Positions 52,846 through 64,000 of a DNA stretch of 64,000 nt are shown here, piece by piece. The stretch lies in assembly GCA_964016885.1 (NCBI GenBank), contig OZ024741.1, positions 187,736,001-187,800,000 of the forward strand, read 5' to 3'. Both the position numbers and the translations under genes were made by a program. The notes under the pieces were generated by a model, which was not told the DNA's origin, made no database searches, and saw only the letters and a program-made list of their open reading frames with translations. The stretch comes from Eledone cirrhosa (taxonomy: Eukaryota). The number at the start of each line of letters is the position of its first letter. Positions within the stretch are counted from its first letter, which is position 1.

Positions 52846-53214
52846 CCTTATAATGGTAATGAAAAAACGTAATGAAGGAATAACCACTCGTTGTTTTATT
52901 TTATTATAAAATACTCTGTTTAGCACTACACCTCATCACAGAAGAGAACCTAAACATCGAGTGCTCACCCGGGTGAACCTACTGCAACTCCACGTTACAC
53001 TCCCTGGATAGATAGATATATATGAGAGACATAGAAGAGGGAGAAGTGAGAGAGTTTGAGAGATGGAAGGGGGGAGAAGTGAGAGAGTGAGAGAGATGGA
53101 AGGGGGAGAAGTGAGAGAGATGGAAAGGGGAGAAGTGAGAGAGAAGACTATAAGCTATCAGTTTTAAAGTAATGACTATGTCACTTACTTCTTTTCGGCG
53201 AAAGAAAGGAGAGA

Positions 53215-53256
53215 AGCTGATAGTCTGTTTCACGCTGGTTGACGTTCATCAGAGCT
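53215..53256 (-). ncRNA. Minimal type I HHR
   Basis: agct-CTGATGA-acgt-caacca-gcgt-GAAAC-agact-ATC-agct. Confidence 0.7.
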
Positions 53257-53670
53257 ATGCACTGGATATATATAGTACTATCAATTTGAAAGACCAACGG
53301 AAACATTGTTTCTTCGGTCCGATTTGACGAAAGTCGATCGACAAAAATATATATATATATATTGTTATACTTTGGGAGGGTCATGTTGCCAATAAGAAAC
53401 AGACGCAACATGACCCTCCCAAAGTATAACAATATCGGTTTCAACACACGATTTCAGATAAAGAATCTTGCTAAACAAATTCAGAAACGAAATATATATA
53501 TATGTATATATATAAATGAATTCCGTCGGAAATTTCCAGGAAAAAAGAGTGCTCTATGTAGATTACAGAGCTTAATAGTTATGTAATAAACAACATAAGA
53601 TAATTATTTCATTATGAAATAATTATCAAATAATTTCAAAATGAAATAATTATCTTATGTTGTTTATTAC

Positions 53671-53752
<82 letters not shown>

Positions 53753-53754
<2 letters not shown>

Positions 53755-54280
53755 AGTGCATGTTTCTGATGAACGCCAACCAGCGTGAAACAGACTATTA
53801 GCTTCTCTCCCTTCTTTCGCCGAAAAGAAGTGACATAGTCACTACTTTAAAACTGATAGCTTGTGATCTTCTAAATGTTTTTAATTAAACATACGGTATA
53901 TTGCCAAATATACTATATATACATTCATGTATACATCGTTATTTCAAAGCAGCAATCCTAATACTTAATTTTTGCTAGACCCGCAATGGCTCTGTATAAT
54001 CAGTTCCTGATTATTACTGGAATTCTATAAGAATCCAGCTTCTATAATTTTCGACGGACGAAGGTGAGTGTGTGGCTTTGATGAACGCCAACCAGCGTGA
54101 ACAGACTGTCAGCTTCTCTCCCTTCTTTCGCCGAAAAGAAGTAAATGACATAGTCACTACTTTAAAACTGATAGCGTATGTTCTTCTAAATGTTTTTAAT
54201 TAAACATACGGTATATTGCCAAAAATACTATACATACATTCATGTATACATCGCTATTTCAAAGCAGCAATCCTACTACC
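53753..54280 (+). mobile_element. 312-bp tandem unit (~1.65 copies), each with an HHR; retrozyme-like
   Basis: Cores at 53766 and 54078. ~195 bp downstream of each core is duplicated. Confidence 0.7.
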
Positions 54281-54285
54281 ATATA

Positions 54286-54538
54286 TCTGTATACATAAAT
54301 TGCAATTTCTGTCTGTTTTTTTGTGAACCTAAAACTCAAAAACTACCTAACCGATCTCGATGAAACTTGACATGTGTGTGGGGCTCATGCCCATTTGATT
54401 TCTTAGGTATATTTCATTTTAATCAAAGGGTTCCCAAGGGGTTCAAATCCCCGCTGAAATTTTTTCCCTTCGATTTATATGAAATTTAAACCATAGGTAA
54501 ATGACAAGATATGATGCCTATTCACAACATTTCAGCAA

Positions 54539-54542
<4 letters not shown>
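54286..54542 (+). mobile_element. Helitron 5' fragment
   Basis: Homologous to the 5' part of 13645-14466. Confidence 0.7.
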
Positions 54543-54576
<34 letters not shown>

Positions 54577-54808
54577 ATAAACAACACAATACAATTATTC
54601 CATTTACCAAAGGTTTCACGAAGACAGGCGAGCTCAAGAGAGACGTCTGAAATCATAAAATTTTCCTTTCTGATGAACGATTTCAGACGTCTAATAATTG
54701 TATTGTGTTTATTACACAATTAAATAGCTCTGTGGCATACATAGAGTACTCTCCCTTCCTATACCCTTTCTACGGAAATACTTCATATATATATATATAC
54801 AAATATAT

Positions 54809-54929
<121 letters not shown>

Positions 54930-54988
54930 CATATACATATATATATACATACACACACATACATACATACATACATACATACATACAT

Positions 54989-55060
<72 letters not shown>

Positions 55061-55065
<5 letters not shown>

Positions 55066-55557
55066 TAAACGGAATAGAAAATGCTGACAAATTGTTCACA
55101 GTTGAAAAATGGTTTAATTAGGAATAAAAGAGTATTAGTGATTGTATGGGTTAGTATTCAGTTGTGGTTTTAAGTTTTTAAGTTTTTACCGGTTGCGCAT
55201 TTCTAAATGCTTTTCAAAAATAATTTTGAGATAGAGTGTCCGTGCTGTTTGCTCTGATCTGATTAGTTTTGGGAATTCTACCTGTTTTTATGTTAAAAAA
55301 ATGGCTCCAGCGTTATTTTTGTGTTGTAAAAATGCTTGTGGTCAAAACAATTTTGATTGGTCGGTAGAGGTCATGTGAATGTAAAAAGTTGATTTTGCGC
55401 CAAGACTGTTTTTACCTACATCAGCACACATCTCTACCCACATATAGACACAATGACACACGTAAACACACATGCTCTATGGTGCAATACAAAAAAATAT
55501 ATGTGCATATATATGTATGTATATATGTATATATATATATATATGTATGTAGTGAAA

Positions 55558-55595
<38 letters not shown>

Positions 55596-55743
55596 ATATA
55601 TGTGTATATAGTGAATATCATTTCACACCTTTTATTGTTAAGATTGTTGATGTTCTATTAAGAGAACCGATTTTACTGAAAAAATCGAATAATGTACACC
55701 ATTTTACCAAGGGGGGAAAAAAATACTGGTCCACCCACACACG

Positions 55744-55775
<32 letters not shown>

Positions 55776-56013
55776 GACACATACACACGCGTACATCAAC
55801 ATACAAAGAGACTTATACACACACACACACACACACACACACGCACTTCTCCGTATAAGACAAAAGCTGAAAAATATCTTTTGACCTTCGAATGACTCTG
55901 CTGTGTGTATGTACGCACACACACACACACACACACACACACTTATCTTAATAGCCATTTGACACACATCGCTGGTGGCTATTGTCGCAGCATCGAATAC
56001 CTTACTACTACTA

Positions 56014-56085
<72 letters not shown>

Positions 56086-56600
56086 TTGTTGTGAAAGAGT
56101 CATTTCTCAATCTTGGCGCAAAACCAATTTTTTATCCACATGACCTCTACCGACCAATCAAAATTGTTTTGACCATAATCTTTGCTGGAGCCACTTTTCT
56201 AACATTTTAACATAAAAACAGTCTTGGCGCAAAATCAACTTTTTACATTCACATGACCTCTACCGACCAATCAAAATTGTTTTGACCACAAGCATTTTTA
56301 CAACACAAAAATAACGCTGGAGCCATTTTTTTAACATAAAAACAGGTAGAATTCCCAAAACTAATCAGATCAGAGCAAACAGCACGGACACTCTATCTCA
56401 AAATTATTTTTGAAAAGCATTTAGAAATGCGCAACCGGTAAAAACTTAAAAACTTAAAACCACAACTGAATACTAACCCATACAATCACTAATACTCTTT
56501 TATTCCTAATTAAACCATTTTTCAACTGTGAACAATTTGTCAGCATTTTCTATTCCGTTTACCAATATATAATAACTTGTGTGTTACACCTCTATTCTTT

Positions 56601-56610
<10 letters not shown>
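55061..56610. mobile_element. 1.5-kb structure with ~343-bp inverted arms, each with a U3-A8 HHR-like motif (55184-55220 -, 56407-56443 +)
   Basis: 55061-55403 is the reverse complement of 56223-56566. Extra direct repeat at 56110-56222. (TA)n outside both ends. Confidence 0.85.
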
Positions 56611-56660
<50 letters not shown>

Positions 56661-56714
56661 TACATACACATATATATAGAGAGAGAGGGAGCGGGGGAGA
56701 GATATAGATATATA

Positions 56715-56750
<36 letters not shown>

Positions 56751-57258
56751 TAAATATATATACATACATATATGTGTGTGCGTCTCTGTGTGTGTTTGTG
56801 AATGTGTTTGTGTGTGTGTGTGTTTGTGTGTGTTTTCGTGTGTCTGTCTTTGTGTTGTGTATGCGCGTGTGTGTACATATATGAGAGGAAAATTTGGCTG
56901 CCTTTTAAAAAAAAAAAAAATCAACTCTCATAATAGAGAATCCTTCATTTGCTCTGGACAATTATTGATATTAAATTTTTTACATTGAAACACTATACAC
57001 CTGTACGTGTTTTCACCTATAACGAGGTAGTACATCAGTGGTTGAATTTTTGTATATGATTGCAGCTGCAGCGGCATCAATCTGCATCAGCGGCTGCAAA
57101 TGCTGCAGCAGAGATGAAATGATATGCATACATTAACTACTAGATAGGTTGATAGATATTCTGTTTGACTGGTAGGCAGATGGTCGAAAGCAGGTTAAGT
57201 TTCTCTCTTTATCTCCCTTTATCACTCACCACACACATTCACATTATTAATATTAATA

Positions 57259-57602
57259 CTAACTCGCCTCGTGCCGTCAAAAATGACGGCTAATTGTAAT
57301 ATTTATACATAATATAAAACACAGATTTTTGTTTGTTGGTTGCTTGGTTGGTTCCTTCGCGCTCACTCACACAAGTGATATAAACATACACACACAGCTG
57401 TGGCGAATCTTAGAATGCTGAACCTCTATAGTTTCTGAACCCTTTTCTCAGTCATCACATAGATGTATGTGTATTAGACACCTCTTCCTTCCTCAGTCGA
57501 CGTAATCACCACCTCCTTCTTCAGTCAACATAATCACCCCTTCCTTCCTTAGTTATCTCTAGTGTGTAACGGACAAATACACAAGGCTATTATATAAGTA
57601 GA
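57259..57602 (-). mobile_element. Probable non-autonomous Helitron
   Basis: A|TCtacttatataat start, subterminal hairpin gccgtca-aaaa-tgacggc, TTAG|T end. Confidence 0.5.
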
Positions 57603-58069
57603 TAATTTAAGAAATAAATCATTGTATGAGGCTGGTCCACTTCATAATGTAGATAATTTAATACGATAGACACCCATCCTGTTGGTTTTCATCAACTAAA
57701 TTAAATAAATGTGTAAGTGGCTAAGTATTCCGCAGACAACTGTACTCTTAACATAATTTCCGTTAGACAATGTGACAAGCTTGGACTTTTTATTTAATTA
57801 CATGTACAATCCATTCCATGGTTCTCCATTGAATTTCCCTCAAACTAATTCCATTCAAAAGATGAACGATGTGTGATATTATAACGATGCAACGAACTGG
57901 AATCGAAATCTCGAAACTTCTTAACCACTTAGCCATGTCAACATACATCTAAGATGGTCTGTTTCCATAGCTCTGTTTCTATAGAATATGTTCCGCTGTG
58001 TGAATAACTTACTGTGTTATAAGACGATTTAAAAGAATACTGCTTATATATATATATATATATATATGT

Positions 58070-58350
58070 GTGTGAGTTCGAATCCTGGACCGGGTGGTGT
58101 GTTGTGTCCTTGAGTAAGACACTTTATTTCATGTTACTCTAGTTCACTCAGCTGCAGAAATGAGTTGCAACGTATCTGGTACCAAGCTGTATCGGCCTTT
58201 GCCTTTCCCTTGGACAACATCAGTGGCGTGGAGAGGGGAGAATGGTGTACATAGGGAATTGGTGGTTTTCCACAAACACACCTTGCCCAGGCTTGTGCCT
58301 CAGAGAGGAAGCTTCTAGATTCAAAACTCTGGTCATTTGTGACTAAAGGG
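58070..58350 (+). mobile_element. SINE with Meta-like core, 5'-truncated (related degenerate copy ~43790-44100)
   Basis: gttcgaatcc..tgttgtgtccttgagtaagacactttatttca. Confidence 0.75.
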
Positions 58351-58384
58351 CGCCTACTATATATATATATATGTGTGTGTGTGT

Positions 58385-58480
<96 letters not shown>

Positions 58481-59076
58481 ACATACATACCTTCATACAT
58501 ACGTACGTAGATATACGTAAGGTATCATAACATATATAATATGTATGATTGTTTCTCAGTAGAAAACCTCAATGGACGTTTTTCCAAAGCATCAATAATC
58601 TAAATTAAAAGATATATGTATATCATCATACATATTATATTTGTTACGATATCTTAACTTAGTATATATCTGTTCCATATTCTTTATTTGTTGAGCTGCT
58701 TATACTGTGACTAGCACTTCCCATCTCTTTCTAGCGGATACGATGTCCAGTCCTATTTGTATCTGCCGCCACAGTTAAAACGTTCTTCACACCATGCGGT
58801 CTATAGTTTTGGCTGACTATTGGATCCCGACAGATATAAGATATATTGTGCTTTATTGGAACTTATCCAAAGGCAATTCCTCTGGTGATTAGTTTCGTGT
58901 CTTCCGTATCTTTACCAAAATCAATAGTTGGTAATCGATAATCGATTACTTAGATCGATTTTTGGTTTGGTTTTCTAACATGACACGGAAACATAAGGAA
59001 AATAAGAACTTTTCCACCTTATGTTTTATATATATATGTGTACAAAATACTATGTGTTTCTCTAACGATATATGAC

Positions 59077-59146
<70 letters not shown>

Positions 59147-59160
59147 TCTCTCTCTCTCTC

Positions 59161-59197
<37 letters not shown>

Positions 59198-59255
59198 ACA
59201 TACAAAACAAGATGGTGTGAGACTGAACAAAGGAGAAACACAAAATAAGAAATCA

Positions 59256-59298
59256 GTCACTGAGGAGGTCACAGAATGTGTGACGAAAGAACTTTGGT
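59256..59298 (+). ncRNA. Minimal HHR-like motif
   Basis: gtca-CTGAGGA-g-gtcaca-gaatg-tgtgac-GAAAG-aa-CTT-tggt. Confidence 0.5.
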
Positions 59299-59398
59299 AA
59301 TATATTTACATGCATCCGGTTATTGAACGAAACAACCTGAAATTTATAATGAATTGAATGTGTTTGTCTTGGCAGCATGACCCCCCCCCCCCCAGTAT

Positions 59399-59464
<66 letters not shown>

Positions 59465-59470
<6 letters not shown>

Positions 59471-59837
59471 CGTAGTTAAGAAAGCCACAACAATGCAGAG
59501 GGAAATCTCGAGGTAAGAAGTGGAAGATAGATAGGAGAAACTGGAGAAAGTTGTGATGTCGTTAAGACAGGAATGCCGTTCATTCCTGTCTTAACGACAT
59601 CGCAACTTTCTCCGCTTGGCCTGTCCCCCCCCCCCCCTTTTGGAACTTTCCCCCGTTGATGGGCGTGAGCCCGAAATATTGGGATTAAATCTCCACTACG
59701 GTAACCCTTCTACCTTTGTTTTGTTTTCATCTTTGTCTCTCTCAATTTTCACTTTCTCCAGTTTCTCCTATCTATCATTCACTTCCTACCTCGAGATTTC
59801 CCTCTGCATTGTTGTGGCTTTCTTAACTACGTATTTT
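59465..59837. mobile_element. (TA)n-flanked nested fold-back cassette with a degenerate HHR (59649-59683)
   Basis: Outer arms 59465-59550 / 59751-59837. Inner hairpin 59542-59613. gggc-gtga-gccc-GAAAT-ATT-ggga. Confidence 0.65.
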
Positions 59838-59873
59838 ACACATTTCACAATGCTTCAAGCAAACTTTAACACC

Positions 59874-59919
<46 letters not shown>

Positions 59920-60297
59920 CCACTTGCATTTTTTTTTCTTTAAACATAGGGGTAACCACTGTGCACTGTAAAGCATAGAATGAAACTTTACATACGTGCA
60001 TAAGATTGTACATTGTTGTACATTATATGAATATGTCATTTGTATATATAAGCTGAAAATTAACGGAATCATATAAACAATTATTCTTAGAATTTTATTC
60101 TTATCTCTAATCTCTTCCATATCTTAGTAATCAACATGAACTTTAATGTTTTTCTTACGTAAATCATAAATTTATCAAAACGCAAATTTCTCATTTTGTA
60201 TTATTGTTCAAAGATCTTTTTGTTGATGTGACATACCAATCCTGTAACCCCAAAATTAATGTTTCGTGTTATTGCCGTCATTATTTACGGCATGGGT

Positions 60298-60389
<92 letters not shown>

Positions 60390-60495
60390 CTCAGCCGTCG
60401 GGGTCTTACTTGTTCCTATTACCCACTCTACTACCCTAAGTATTGAGTACTTTGGTGCGTTATGGTCCACCTGGTTCCTTACCACATTTCCTTCG

Positions 60496-60540
<45 letters not shown>

Positions 60541-60541
<1 letters not shown>

Positions 60542-60800
60542 CTATATATATATAAAACTGATGTTGTCTGTGTGTCCTCATTTTTGCAAGTCTATACAAA
60601 TCCACCTTTCTACTCCGATTGACTTCAAACTTGCATTTATATATTCCTTGCGGTCTAAAGATACTAACTGCAGCTTTTATTTTTCAATTTTCTGTTATTA
60701 AAGGGGTGTTAGGCGCCGGTTATCTATCTCCGTCGAGCCCTTATAATATCTGTCTGTGTGTCTAGGCGGTCTGCATAACGACATTCTGACGAACACGTCA
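60541..60800 (+). mobile_element. Probable Helitron 5' portion
   Basis: A|TCtatatatatataaaactgatgttgtctgtgtgtc resembles the 5' end at 30690. No 3' end seen. Confidence 0.5.
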
Positions 60801-60802
60801 TT

Positions 60803-60886
<84 letters not shown>

Positions 60887-61012
60887 TATATATATACATA
60901 TACATCTAAAGAGAGAAAGGGAGATGTAGAGAGAGAGAGAGTGAGATAGGCCGTTATACAGAGAGAGGTACAAGATATTCAGATAGAGAGAGAATGGCGA
61001 CGAACGCTGGTT

Positions 61013-61044
<32 letters not shown>

Positions 61045-61404
61045 CACATATATATATATAAAGACAGAGAGAGAGGGGGAGAGAGATCTGCGCGTTCTTT
61101 ATTGTTCTCCATTCAGTAGAGGAAGAGAGAGAGGGGGGGTATGAGTGAGAGAGAGAGAGAGAGAGCGAGAGAAAGAGAGAGAGGGGGTATGAGAAAAAAG
61201 GGAGAGAGGGGTTGAGAAAGAAAGAAAGAGAGTGAGGAACTTTAACTTTTATTTATTTATCTATTCTTTACACACTGTTCAACTCTCCCCTTTCCTCAAC
61301 CTTACGTCTCTTTCTCTCTTTCACACAAGACGTACTGTGACTGTGTGTTATATATATTTATGTCCACACACACAAAAGACGCATCTCTCTCTCTCTCTCT
61401 CTTA

Positions 61405-61478
<74 letters not shown>

Positions 61479-61726
61479 GATAAATCTACCAAGAGTTTAC
61501 GGTAGTGTCCAATCCGTATGAAGAACTCAATGTATTCCGGATATCATGGAAAGAAGAGATGTAATGAAAAATCACTTTCGGTGAAAGATAAACGGTATAC
61601 AGAGTCAAGATAAAATATTAAACAAATAATGAATAAAACAATGAAACAGTTCCTTATATTAAACAAAAAAAGTTCATTATTTAACGATCGTTTCTAGGAT
61701 ATATATATATAGTTTTAATATAGATG

Positions 61727-61777
61727 AGATTCTACAGGACTAGAACTGTTTCATTCATTAGAAATCATCAGAAATCT
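61727..61777 (-). ncRNA. Type I HHR in a pLTR-like fragment (61711-61883)
   Basis: agattt-CTGATGA-tttctaatgaat-GAAAC-ag-ttctagtc-ct-GTA-gaatct. Same family as 45414. Confidence 0.85.
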
Positions 61778-61887
61778 GGGTATCAAAAAATAAATATGGT
61801 ATTTATAGGTCTCTACAAGTGGTAGGAGAGGGTGGGGAGTGGGATGGGTGCAGGTCATTGGTTGATAGAAAAGGGAATTCATTAATT

Positions 61888-64000
<2,113 letters not shown>

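Overview
AT-rich eukaryotic, non-genic (intronic/intergenic) DNA packed with microsatellites and transposons. The SINE families and repeat landscape point to a coleoid cephalopod, probably Octopus (inference). No host gene is confidently seen, and almost all ORFs in the track are microsatellite artefacts. Recognisable content: a young 5'-truncated RTE LINE with an open RT frame and three C2H2 fingers; a decayed near-full-length R4/Dong-type (RLE) LINE inside a (CATA)n array; a ~610-bp non-autonomous RTE derivative in four copies; Tx1/L1, CR1/L2 and RTE fragments; many tRNA-derived SINEs; several non-autonomous Helitrons; and two MITEs. The most striking signal is about 25 type I hammerhead ribozyme (HHR) motifs from more than ten sequence families, found by eye. 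They sit in short (TA)n-flanked cassettes that are often fold-back palindromes. They include a U3-A8 compensated core, covarying stems, a 101-nt stem II, a back-to-back double ribozyme and a 312-bp tandem retrozyme-like unit. These are probably Penelope-like element (PLE) remnants or retrozymes. A direct-repeat-flanked orphan coiled-coil ORF and a palindromic CArG/CCAAT/E-box cluster next to a long hairpin also merit follow-up.
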